Shown one piece after another: positions 20,180 through 30,016 of a stretch of 64,000 nucleotides of DNA. Below the pieces are notes generated by a model. The model saw nothing but the letters and a program-made list of their open reading frames with translations, made no database searches and had not been told where the DNA came from. A program made the position numbers and the translations under genes. Origin of the DNA: Promethearchaeota archaeon (GTDB lineage: Archaea; Asgardarchaeota; Lokiarchaeia; Sigyniarchaeales; SOKP01); contig JAHPZE010000017.1 in NCBI GenBank assembly GCA_019058365.1, positions 1 to 64,000 of the forward strand, given 5' to 3'. How positions within the stretch are numbered: position 1 is the stretch's first letter; every line of letters begins with the position of its first letter.

Positions 20180-21610
20180 ATGTCATTTATTCAGCATAAA
20201 GAATTGAAATCATCTTTTGGGATTATTTTAGGAAATAGAGACGTATTTCCAGATCATTTAGTAAAAGAAGGTAGAAAAGATATTATTTATATAATGAATG
20301 AATTAGAATATGAATATATTATTTTAGATGAGGGGGATACTCCACTGGGTGCAGTTGAGACGTACTCAGATGCTAAAAAATGTGCAGAACTTTTTAAAAA
20401 GAATTCTGATGAAATTCTGGGGGTGGTTTTATGTCTTTGCAATTTTGGAGACGAGAAAGCCATAGCTAATACCCTAAAAATAGCTAATCTTAATGTTCCT
20501 GTTTTGATTCAGGCGTCTTCAGATGAGATTGATAAAATGGACCGAGTTCATAGAAGAGATGCATTTTGCGGGAAAATATCCGTTACAAGTGTATTATATC
20601 AATATGGTATCCCATTTACACTAACTAAATATCATACATGTCCTATAAAATCTGATATTTTTAAAGAAGACTTAAAGAGATTTGAAAAAATTTGTAGAAT
20701 TGTAAAAAAGCTAAGAAAAACGAGATTAGGACAAATTGGGACAAGACCAAATGCCTTTGAAACTGTTAGATATAGCGAAAAAATATTAGAAATTAATGGG
20801 ATAAGTATAGAACCAATAGATCTGTCTGAAATTTTTGGATATATTAATCAATTAAATGATGATGATCCTAAAGTATTAGATAAAGCTGAATTCATTAAGA
20901 ACTACACATCTACTAGTATATTACCAGAAGATAGTCTCGTTAAATTGGCAAAACTAGCTGTTGTAATTGAAAATTGGGTAGTAGAAAATGAATTGGATGG
21001 ATTTGCTTTTCAATGTTGGCCTAGTATTGTTTCTAATTTTGGGATTGTTCCGTGTGCTGTCATGAGTATGTTTAGTGAAGGTTTGGTACCTGCTGCATGT
21101 GAGGTTGACATTTCAGGGCTGGTAGGAATGTACATTCTGCAATTGGCATCAAGAAATCCGTCATCAATAGTGGATTGGAATAATAATTATGGTGACGACC
21201 CAAATAAGATGGTACTTTTCCATTGTAGCAATTTTCCGAAGTCTTTCTTTCAAGATTCAAAAATGACTGTACATCCGATAATGTCAGAATTTAACGGCGA
21301 GGAAAATACCTTCGGTGCAATCCAAGGAAGAGTTAAAACAAAACCTTGTACAATGCTCAGAATTGAGACTGATGATCTTTATGGAGAGATAAAAGCAATT
21401 GTTGTAGAAGGAAAATATACTAACGATCCTCTTGATACCTACGGTGGGTATGGCGTTGTAGAGATTGCAAATTTGCAGAAACTATTAAAGAAACTATGTC
21501 GAGGTGGTTTTGCTCATCATGTTGCTGTTTCTTTAAATGAAATTGGAGATATTGTGCATGAAGCCCTGTTTAATTATCTTGGTTGGAATATAGAGTTTTT
21601 CAACAAATAA
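20180..21610 (+). CDS. L-fucose/L-arabinose isomerase family protein
   Basis: NFGDE, RRDAFCGK, QCW, ACEVD, FHC and GF.HH motifs. Confidence 0.88.
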   Translation: MSFIQHKELKSSFGIILGNRDVFPDHLVKEGRKDIIYIMNELEYEYIILDEGDTPLGAVETYSDAKKCAELFKKNSDEILGVVLCLCNFGDEKAIANTLKIANLNVPVLIQASSDEIDKMDRVHRRDAFCGKISVTSVLYQYGIPFTLTKYHTCPIKSDIFKEDLKRFEKICRIVKKLRKTRLGQIGTRPNAFETVRYSEKILEINGISIEPIDLSEIFGYINQLNDDDPKVLDKAEFIKNYTSTSILPEDSLVKLAKLAVVIENWVVENELDGFAFQCWPSIVSNFGIVPCAVMSMFSEGLVPAACEVDISGLVGMYILQLASRNPSSIVDWNNNYGDDPNKMVLFHCSNFPKSFFQDSKMTVHPIMSEFNGEENTFGAIQGRVKTKPCTMLRIETDDLYGEIKAIVVEGKYTNDPLDTYGGYGVVEIANLQKLLKKLCRGGFAHHVAVSLNEIGDIVHEALFNYLGWNIEFFNK

Positions 21611-21635
21611 TTTCTTTTTATTAAACATATTTATC

Positions 21636-23510
21636 TTAGGGATAGATATTACTCTTAATATATTGTTTGAAATACCAATACCAAAATTCAGGTCTCTGAC
21701 ATTTAGTATCCTTATTTCTAAACAAATTCATGTCATTTAGAAGTGGTAGGTATTGATGATTATAAAAATTCGGGTAGAGTTTTTCATAAAAATCTTTATC
21801 TGACAATATTTTGTGTGCTTTCCATCTTTTAATCCATTCATCGATTAAATCTTTAGGAACACTATTCCAAATTTTAATATTTTGCCCATTAATCATAATG
21901 GTTTCTTTATCAAATTCAGATCTAATTTTTTGAACTAAATTTCCTTTGGGAATTTTCAATTTAATTAATCTATACAGATGTTTCATTCTCGCATTTAATA
22001 ATATAGTATTCTTACAGAATTCTTCTCTATTCGCATGAAGCTTCCAATGAGAATTTGAAGGAAGAAGTACTATTTTAAATTTGAAATCTCTAGAATTGAA
22101 ATCAAAAATCAAGTAATGTTTCTGATCTTCATCAAGATGATGACGTGTTACATAGAACACATATCTTCCTTCTATAATTTCACCATTCTCAGAGACAAAA
22201 AGATGTGCATCTTCAATAAAAGTTTTATCAAAAATATCTAATCCTAAGCTTAAATCTAATAGTTCCTTGCGTTGCATATATCTTAAATCAATGAAATGTT
22301 TTTCGTACGCCCTCCAATGTGGATTATTGATATGTACTTTAATCATATATATTGCATCATGACATGCTTTGGGAGCTTTGAAGAAACCCCTTCTAATTTC
22401 TCTAATTAACCTTTTACACTCGGTTTTAGCAAGAATATATCCCTTTCTGAATTTGCCTGTAAGAAAATCTCGAGAATTTTTTTTGGAAATCAATCTACTT
22501 AATTTTGTAAATTCGTAAACAAAATCATCATTCCGATTATTACTATTTCTTTCTATTTTAGTTAAGGCTAATATTGAATAAATTACAATATCAAACAACT
22601 CTCGATTATTGGGTTTGACTATTCTCCTGGAATATTTAGATTCACATAATTCTGAAATCATGTTCCTTTTCTTCATTTCCTCAAAGATGAGATTACGACA
22701 TTCTGCTTTAAGATCGTTAATATTTAAGCCACTCCTAAAATCCACGCAATCCTTATTAATCAAATGTATATAAGTAAGTAATTTGAAATATTTAGCATAA
22801 TGTTCTGGACCACCTCTTCCTCTTTCTCCCCTTCTATGTTCTAAATTAAATATATACGAACGACTTTTTTTTAATATCTCTGAAAGCCAAGATTTTCCTC
22901 CTCCTCCTTTAATATATCGATTAAAAATGAATAATAACTTGTTTAAAAAATCATCATTGCATTTCTTTTTATTGTAATCACCTAAAACCTCCAAAAAAGA
23001 ATTATAGATTAGGTTATAGTTTGAAAAAATTTCTACATGTTCAGATATTTTTTTAATGGATTTTGGACGAATAACTAAATTAGTGGGTCTCTTATTTGAT
23101 AATTCAAGCTGATACATCCATCTTTTTACTATATCCAAACTAACTCCCAAAATTTTAGTAATTTCAGATGCCACAATACGACCTTTAAACCGACGAAGCT
23201 TTACTCCCCCCGTAATAGTAAGATTAAGACATTTTTTTGAGGATTTTTCAAATTCCACGATCTCAGACTCAAGAATATAGATTAAATTAAATAATCTTTT
23301 TACAAATATAGTTTCAGTATTATCATTCTTTCTAATAGGGTATTTCATTTTTTTACAAGATTGTACAGTTAGTACACTTTGGGGCGGATTGTGGTGAGAT
23401 GTTATTTTGGGGGTAAGATATATAGGAGGTTTGATGGAAGATGGAGTAGATGTTACTTTAGATGAGTAGGGATTAGGACATTGAACCTTATTTTGATCAT
23501 CATAAAACAT
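21636..23510 (-). CDS. Basic orphan protein with HTH-like segments and a putative HNH-type nuclease motif
   Basis: ASEITKILGVSLDIVKRW (HTH-like); RHHLDED...IVLLPSNSHWKLH resembles HNH_3 (HH.D....N...L.LL....H..LH). Confidence 0.5.
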   Translation of the reverse strand: MFYDDQNKVQCPNPYSSKVTSTPSSIKPPIYLTPKITSHHNPPQSVLTVQSCKKMKYPIRKNDNTETIFVKRLFNLIYILESEIVEFEKSSKKCLNLTITGGVKLRRFKGRIVASEITKILGVSLDIVKRWMYQLELSNKRPTNLVIRPKSIKKISEHVEIFSNYNLIYNSFLEVLGDYNKKKCNDDFLNKLLFIFNRYIKGGGGKSWLSEILKKSRSYIFNLEHRRGERGRGGPEHYAKYFKLLTYIHLINKDCVDFRSGLNINDLKAECRNLIFEEMKKRNMISELCESKYSRRIVKPNNRELFDIVIYSILALTKIERNSNNRNDDFVYEFTKLSRLISKKNSRDFLTGKFRKGYILAKTECKRLIREIRRGFFKAPKACHDAIYMIKVHINNPHWRAYEKHFIDLRYMQRKELLDLSLGLDIFDKTFIEDAHLFVSENGEIIEGRYVFYVTRHHLDEDQKHYLIFDFNSRDFKFKIVLLPSNSHWKLHANREEFCKNTILLNARMKHLYRLIKLKIPKGNLVQKIRSEFDKETIMINGQNIKIWNSVPKDLIDEWIKRWKAHKILSDKDFYEKLYPNFYNHQYLPLLNDMNLFRNKDTKCQRPEFWYWYFKQYIKSNIYP

Positions 23511-23705
23511 AGTATTATTTTTTTTTTGAAAAACATTAATGTCTTTATCTTTAAAAATTTATAATTTATTTATAATTACTCATAGAAAATAGTAATTTAT
23601 TTAAAAAGGATTTAAAAAGGATCTTTTTTGATTTAGGATCCTTGTTTCTATACAAATGATTAATAGTATTGAATTTAGAAAGTGAGATATCTATTTAAGA
23701 TAACA

Positions 23706-24470
23706 TTAGGAATATTTTGCTAACACTTTCTCTATCATATTTCTTCCTTTAGTAGTAATGTAAATTTTTTCATTATTACGGATAACATATCTCTTTTCTT
23801 CTAATCTTCTCAGAGATGTATTGATATTTGAGTTAGTATGTAATTTTATCGAGGATTTAAGAGTGTTTATATCGGTCATACCGTTTTCTTCGAATAGAAG
23901 TAATGTCAATATTTCGTTAGCTGCAGATAAATCTAATGAAACAAAATTTTTGTTATCGAATTTTTCAATAAATGGGATTGGTTCTGAATTTATCGAATTA
24001 ATAAGTTCCAAATTCTGATCAGAATTTAAGGGAGAATATAAACGCACCATTTCAGAAAGGCACCATTTTGCAGTAGAAATAACATATTTAGCATCAATTT
24101 TATTTGCAATAATGTCTGATATGTGGGCACCATCTCGACTATTCCTAAATCTATATGCAATATATAATGAATCAGCAACAAGTGATTTAACATATTTTGA
24201 AATAACTTGATTATTTACTGCTTTTTCTAAACGTTCTCTTATTTTTGTTAAATCGGGACTTGAAGCTTTAGTATTTCTTACTAAATAATCTAATATTTGA
24301 TAAAAATTTTCAACAAACTTCCCCAATTTTACGAGAACTGATTCAAAGTCATTTATTAAAAATTTTAAAACCATTCCTTCATAAATTTTAATTAATTTCT
24401 CTACTTCATCAATATTTGCAATGGATTTAAAAATTACAATGATATCCTTAGACTTTTCTAATTCATTCAT
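23706..24470 (-). CDS. HEPN-like RNase domain fused to a C-terminal winged helix
   Basis: GKFVE helix, RNSRDGAH (R-x4-6-H), D...(I)....W.L.E..R; wHTH LRRLEEKRYV....IYITTKG. Confidence 0.72.
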   Translation of the reverse strand: MNELEKSKDIIVIFKSIANIDEVEKLIKIYEGMVLKFLINDFESVLVKLGKFVENFYQILDYLVRNTKASSPDLTKIRERLEKAVNNQVISKYVKSLVADSLYIAYRFRNSRDGAHISDIIANKIDAKYVISTAKWCLSEMVRLYSPLNSDQNLELINSINSEPIPFIEKFDNKNFVSLDLSAANEILTLLLFEENGMTDINTLKSSIKLHTNSNINTSLRRLEEKRYVIRNNEKIYITTKGRNMIEKVLAKYS

Positions 24471-24927
24471 TTTCCTTAATCAGATTTTGCGTATAATCAA
24501 TTCCCATTTTGGTTAATTCAAATCCCTTTTTCGACTCAATATCAGTGGAACTTCTTAGGAATCCTCTCTTTATCAAGCCATTTAAAGTATCTGTCATGTT
24601 TTTTGGTTTTACAGCTCTCACTTGATCAAATCCATTTTTAATGTGATCAATATTAAACCCAATAATGTCTTCGTAGGTAAATAAATAGTAGCAAACAATG
24701 ATAGCAGTATCTGCATAAGTTTTGGGATTTATTTTAGCTATTAATTCAGGTAGAGAAATATGTTCTTTAACTTTACTAGTTTCTCGTTTTTTGTCTAAAT
24801 CATCTTGTTTCAATAAAAAAGGGAGGATTAATTTAAAAGTTTCAAGTCTATATTCATCCTCAACTCCTATTATAATATCTAGAGCTTTCTTGATATTCTT
24901 CTTAATCAATTCTTCAATATCTTTCAT
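24463..24927 (-). CDS. Winged-helix protein
   Basis: SLPEL...PKT.AD...VCYYL...F....I...F...R...PKN....L..L.KRGFL....FELTKMG; overlaps the next start by 8 nt. Confidence 0.75.
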   Translation of the reverse strand: MKDIEELIKKNIKKALDIIIGVEDEYRLETFKLILPFLLKQDDLDKKRETSKVKEHISLPELIAKINPKTYADTAIIVCYYLFTYEDIIGFNIDHIKNGFDQVRAVKPKNMTDTLNGLIKRGFLRSSTDIESKKGFELTKMGIDYTQNLIKENE

Positions 24928-24941
24928 GATAACACCATTTT

Positions 24942-25499
24942 TTATTCATCAAGTTTTTCATTAAAAGATTTTAAAAATTCATCAATTGCATGTATATTCA
25001 ATCTATATTCTCCCCGCCCAGTTCTCTTGAGTATATTTAATTTACTTAAATCCGAAACGCGAGCAGTAATTTGTTTTTTATTTAAAGTCAGTTCATCATC
25101 TAAATCATCAAGAGAGATAATTTCATTATCACGTAAATTTTCCTCAAAAAGCATTTTTTTCTCAAGGGAAATTAGTACTATCTGTTCTGTATTTGTTAAT
25201 TTATCTAAGCTTATTTTTCGGATAATATCTCCATCATTTGTAAATTTGAATAAATTACTTGCTATATGTTTTATATTTTTAATTGCTTCAGAGGAATTAG
25301 TAATCAAAATAGAGGGTTTTTTTTCAGTTTCATTAACTTTTTCATCAATATGCACAGATTTCTTAGTATCAAATTTTTTTTTGAAAATTTCAATAAAATT
25401 GGAAAAATTATCAAGAATAATATTAGGATCATCAACTTCTATATTATCTTCAATTTCTAATTTAAAACCTTGAAAATCCGCAAATATTTTATAGTTCAA
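24942..25499 (-). CDS. Winged-helix protein
   Basis: ISLDDL...L.LNKKQITARVSDL.K..IL.RTGRGEYRL; TTG start overlaps the upstream TGA. Confidence 0.75.
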   Translation of the reverse strand: MNYKIFADFQGFKLEIEDNIEVDDPNIILDNFSNFIEIFKKKFDTKKSVHIDEKVNETEKKPSILITNSSEAIKNIKHIASNLFKFTNDGDIIRKISLDKLTNTEQIVLISLEKKMLFEENLRDNEIISLDDLDDELTLNKKQITARVSDLSKLNILKRTGRGEYRLNIHAIDEFLKSFNEKLDE

Positions 25500-26143
25500 A
25501 TATTATCACCTTTTTGCTCAACTAATTCTCTAATTAAGTTTCGAGCTTTTAACATACCTTGATTTGTAATTCGATATGTTTTTCCTTCAATTTTTATAAA
25601 TTTAGAATAATCTCCCCTGAAAGCTTTGTTCGAAGCTGTGGGATCTATATCAGATTTAATTAAAATTGGAGTTAATGACTGAGAACTCATTTTATCCATT
25701 TGATTAATCACTTTATTTGCATAAAGAATTAAAAGAATTGCAATCCTTTGAGTTTCGGTTCTTGTATCTCTTTTAATAATTAATAAAATTGGAGGTACTT
25801 CATCATCAGTTCCAAAATCATAAACCATTTCAATTTTATCAGGAGCTATTTTTGAATCATATGAAATTTTTTGACATTTATTTAAAGATCCTTCGTTTCT
25901 GATCATTTTGGAAGGCAGAACACTTGTTGTTATTTCATTAAATGTATTTTCCCTTACATGTGGTTCTACCATTTCGATACTTGGGTTCTTAAATATATCA
26001 TCATGGCGATCAAAATACTCGAGAAGATCTTCTAAAAATTCGAATAAATTTCCTTCATACTTATTAATTCCTAGTTTTACTAATACATTATAAATTTTGA
26101 ATTCCAAATTAATGTCTAACATACTAATATCATAGTTTTTCAT
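25496..26143 (-). CDS. Protein with C-terminal winged-helix-like domain
   Basis: AILLILYA...MSSQSL..IL...KTYRITNQG wing motif; first gene of the coupled operon. Confidence 0.65.
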   Translation of the reverse strand: MKNYDISMLDINLEFKIYNVLVKLGINKYEGNLFEFLEDLLEYFDRHDDIFKNPSIEMVEPHVRENTFNEITTSVLPSKMIRNEGSLNKCQKISYDSKIAPDKIEMVYDFGTDDEVPPILLIIKRDTRTETQRIAILLILYANKVINQMDKMSSQSLTPILIKSDIDPTASNKAFRGDYSKFIKIEGKTYRITNQGMLKARNLIRELVEQKGDNI

Positions 26144-26681
26144 TATTTATAAACTTTTGTAAAACACATATAGTTATTTAACTATTGATAATCGTATTTA
26201 AATTTGTTTCAGACAGCTAATTCCAAATCAAGATATAATTATTAAAAAATGCTGAATTAATATATTTTGAAAGAGTATAGATTCGTATTCTCTTAAAAAA
26301 AAGGAAGAGGAGAAATAATGATCCTAAATTGTGTTAAATTATATATAAAACAAGCATTCTTTTTATATAAAATTGATAATAACACATTAAAATCTATCTA
26401 TTATCGATTCTTATTAGTAAATAAAATAGGAAATAGTCGTCGCTTTTACTATAAAATAAATTCAAAATCAAGTCATAATTTATCAGATCTTAACAAATTA
26501 TTTTATATAATAATGAAAGAAAGGGTCTATTTAAAAAATTTAAAAGAATATGAAAAAATAAAAAACTAAGAAAAGAGCTAATGATTTATATTTCAATTAT
26601 AACCCTATTAATATTTCGCTTTATGCTTTTGATTGGGACAAAAATATCATTTGATTAATATAAAATCTCAAACAATAAAGG

Positions 26682-27257
26682 AATAACTTCGGAATTGTGC
26701 CTTGTGCTGTTATGAGTATGTTTAGTGAGGGACTTATTCCTGCTGCTTGCGAGGTTGATATCTCCGGTTTAATAGGAATGTTAATATTACAACTTGCCTC
26801 TGAGAGTCCATCAGCTATACTGGATTGGAACAATAATTATGGTGATGATCCAAATAAAATGGTTTTATTTCACTGTAGTAACCTTCCGAAATCATTCTTT
26901 AAAGATACAAAAATGACTATTCATCCCATAATTGCAGATCAAAAAGGTGGAGATGTGAGTTTTGGAGCAATTCAAGGGCGTATTAAAGCTAAACCGTGTA
27001 CACTTTTACGAGTGGAAACTGATGACTTTTTTGGAGAAATTAAAGCGTTAGTTATAGAGGGTAACTACACAAATGATCTATTAGACACATTTGGGGGTTA
27101 TGGTGTAATAGAAATTCCTAATTTACAAGAAGTTTTAAAGATGGTATGTAAAGAGGGGTTTGCTCATCATATTGCTGCATCATTGAATGAAGTGGGAGAC
27201 ATAATAACTGAAGCTCTTTCTAATTATTTAGGATGGAATGTTCACACTCAATTATAA
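26682..27257 (+). pseudogene. 3' fragment of an L-fucose/L-arabinose isomerase paralog
   Basis: Aligns to residues ~286-476 of 20180..21610 (about three quarters identical by manual count); in-frame TAA at 26676 and no 5' half. Confidence 0.88.
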
Positions 27258-28799
27258 ATGAAATTCAGGTTCTAAAACGCTTTTAATCCCTTTTTGATCA
27301 ATTATAACTCTAAACTTTTTATAATGGATTTTATTTACTTTTTTTTCCTTAAATGATGTTAACTTTAAAACAAGATTTAAATGATATACTTTTGAAACGG
27401 GGATATTTTCAATCTTTTTTTTATCTACATTCCATTTAGATATAAATTGAATTGGGTCGTCAGCATATCTTAAAAAACCTCTAACATTAAAACGAATAAC
27501 GTCCGATATATCTTTTCTTCTTGTATGGAAGTGATTTATTTTTTTGTTGAACAACGTAATTTTTTTTTCATATAGAATAACATCCTCTGGTTTACCACCT
27601 TCTTCTATCGAACTAATGTTACTTGATTTCCTAATCCCTAAAATCTCAGGTGCAATCTTATCTATATTTTTAAAACTTACAATTTCTATAGATTTTCCAA
27701 TTTTTTCCTTATAAAATCCATCTATAATATCAATACGCTGATCTGGAAACATCGATCCTACTGCCTTCTGTGAAACTCCCCGAATATTCTCTTTAATTCG
27801 GTCTTTCAGCATATATATTACAACGGTAGCAATAATAAAGGGAATAGAATACATTGGAAATAATGAAAGGATTAAATAACCAAAAAATAATGAAAAAAAC
27901 ATAGCAACTGCAGCTGCTACTGAGTAAAATATTTCTAATGATTGTGATTTAGGATCTTTTTTCTTTTTTTCCAAATATAAAACACTTTGTACATATTTTT
28001 TCATGATCCCTTCTTGATATGAAAAAGTTTCATTATTATCATTTTCAAGAATAATTAATGAGCTCTTTAAATATTCACGATACTGCTGCTCTTTTTCGAT
28101 TACATCAATCATACTAATTTTGGTTTCGTTAGTAAATTTATCTTCAAAAGCTTTTAAAAATCTTGTAAGCCACCTTTCAATCTGTAAACTAATATATTCA
28201 TCAGCAAACCGAAACGCCTCACGCGATTTTACAGGAACTTGGGAATTTAAGATCTTATTTCCTATCAATTCCAGTTTCTTTTGTAATTTTTTTATTGATT
28301 CGAGATAAGAATTTAACAAATCAGATATATTATATTTTTTATTAAATTCATTATAGTTATTCTGCATATATTTAAATTGATCTCTTAAAGAGACTTTTGT
28401 TATATCCGCAAGTAAGCACAATTCTCTTTGAATTTTTGTTATGGTCTCCGTATTAGATCTCCCATATTCAATATCTTTCAATGCTTTCAAGATTACATTT
28501 ATTGGAGAAAGGTCATTTTTCTTATCTAATATTCCCTCTATAGGCATTTTAGGAGTTTTAAACCTTATTCGATTGTTAATGTCAGAAAAAAATTGCTCCT
28601 TACTATATGAATCCTTGTTTATCTGTAAAGAACTTGGAATAAAGAAATATGTATCAAGAAGATATGATGTTTTCTTTTTTTCGGTTATTTCCATTTTATA
28701 ATCTATTTTTGACTCAAAGTTATAAAGATCATGGCGTTCAATTGACGATTCTTTCCAATCTCTGATTTTTTCATCATCCATAGTTTTTAGAATCGTCAA
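27252..28799 (-). CDS. Hypothetical protein with two adjacent TM helices
   Basis: Long ORF with a hydrophobic hairpin around residues 290-330; no recognised catalytic motif. Confidence 0.7.
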   Translation of the reverse strand: MTILKTMDDEKIRDWKESSIERHDLYNFESKIDYKMEITEKKKTSYLLDTYFFIPSSLQINKDSYSKEQFFSDINNRIRFKTPKMPIEGILDKKNDLSPINVILKALKDIEYGRSNTETITKIQRELCLLADITKVSLRDQFKYMQNNYNEFNKKYNISDLLNSYLESIKKLQKKLELIGNKILNSQVPVKSREAFRFADEYISLQIERWLTRFLKAFEDKFTNETKISMIDVIEKEQQYREYLKSSLIILENDNNETFSYQEGIMKKYVQSVLYLEKKKKDPKSQSLEIFYSVAAAVAMFFSLFFGYLILSLFPMYSIPFIIATVVIYMLKDRIKENIRGVSQKAVGSMFPDQRIDIIDGFYKEKIGKSIEIVSFKNIDKIAPEILGIRKSSNISSIEEGGKPEDVILYEKKITLFNKKINHFHTRRKDISDVIRFNVRGFLRYADDPIQFISKWNVDKKKIENIPVSKVYHLNLVLKLTSFKEKKVNKIHYKKFRVIIDQKGIKSVLEPEFHL

Positions 28800-28896
28800 T
28801 ATAACATCACATTAGTTTTTATTTTAATTAAAAGGATAAAAAAGAGAAATATTCTTCACTCTCTTTTGAAATAAGAATAAATACAAATCTAAAAAT

Positions 28897-29991
28897 TTAT
28901 TTTTTTCTTTTTATTGAAATCTCTTTTTGAAAAAATCCCGATTCGATTATATTACTCTTTTCAGTGTCTAAATTTGTAAGAATTTCAAATGGATAAAATT
29001 TGTGTACCTCATTTTGGTAATCTAAAATCCTATTTCTGGTCAAATATATCGAATACTCTGAAATATCACATCCAATCCATCTTCTCTTCAATTTTTCAGC
29101 TACAGCTAAAGTTGTTCCAGAACCACAAAAAAAATCAGCAATTAAATCTCCTTCATTGGATCCCAATTTAATAATTCTCTCGAGTAAACTATGATGCTTT
29201 TGAGTTGGAAACCCTGTCCATTCCTTTGAGGCTGGTTGTAAACAAGGTATTTTCCAGACATCATCTAATTTTTTATCTTTTACTGTTCGATATCTAACAT
29301 GTCCATTCTTATCTTTCAGATTCTTGAGTACGCCATCTATATTTACTCTCATCAACTGTTTTCTTGGTTTTTTACGAGGAATTCTTAATTCATTAAATGT
29401 GTAATTACTAGAATTAGAATATACTAAAATCGTATCATAAGCCCTTGAAAGATTTTTCTTTCCGGCTGAATACTTATTATAATAATACCAAACAATATTA
29501 TTAACAAACTTATTTTCTCCAAAAACTTCATCTAAAATCAGTCGTATGTAATGATTAGCATGCCAATCAGAATGAACGAAAATTATACCTTTTTTTGACA
29601 GAATTTGCTTGAACAATAATATTCTTTCATATAACATTTGCAAGTAGGAGCTTAAATCATTATTCCAGTGATCATAATATGCTATTGAATCATAGAATTT
29701 GTCATCTTCCTTAATTTTAATTTCATAATTAGTTCCAGAAAAGAATGGAGGGTCAATATATATTAAATCAATTTTTTCTTCAAAGTTATTTAATAAAAAA
29801 TATAATACGTCTAAGTTATTTCCCCAAAATAATTTGTTAGACCGGAATTGAGGATTTATAAATCCTTCTAGTTTTTCCTTATCATTTAATGAATGATATT
29901 CGAAAGTTTTAAAAAAAGTAGGAATATATTTTTTTAGATCTTCTGATTTAAGAGTATTCTCTTTTTTATTTTGCCAAATTAATTTAACCAT
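28897..29991 (-). CDS. Solitary N6-A/N4-C DNA methyltransferase (beta class, Mod-like)
   Basis: IYIDPPF catalytic motif before the DFFCGSGTT SAM motif; FPTQK; no adjacent restriction gene. Confidence 0.9.
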   Translation of the reverse strand: MVKLIWQNKKENTLKSEDLKKYIPTFFKTFEYHSLNDKEKLEGFINPQFRSNKLFWGNNLDVLYFLLNNFEEKIDLIYIDPPFFSGTNYEIKIKEDDKFYDSIAYYDHWNNDLSSYLQMLYERILLFKQILSKKGIIFVHSDWHANHYIRLILDEVFGENKFVNNIVWYYYNKYSAGKKNLSRAYDTILVYSNSSNYTFNELRIPRKKPRKQLMRVNIDGVLKNLKDKNGHVRYRTVKDKKLDDVWKIPCLQPASKEWTGFPTQKHHSLLERIIKLGSNEGDLIADFFCGSGTTLAVAEKLKRRWIGCDISEYSIYLTRNRILDYQNEVHKFYPFEILTNLDTEKSNIIESGFFQKEISIKRKK

Positions 29992-30016
29992 TCTAATAAT
30001 AGAAAGAAATGTTATT

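Noticed and set aside
26318-26569. 83-aa ORF in the island border
   Set aside because: Low-complexity AT-rich composition with no motif; probably spurious
21611-26690. Island as an integrase/IS-type mobile element
   Set aside because: No recombinase, TIRs or att-like direct repeats found
28897-29991. Type III restriction-modification system
   Set aside because: No Res helicase or endonuclease adjacent; appears to be an orphan methyltransferase
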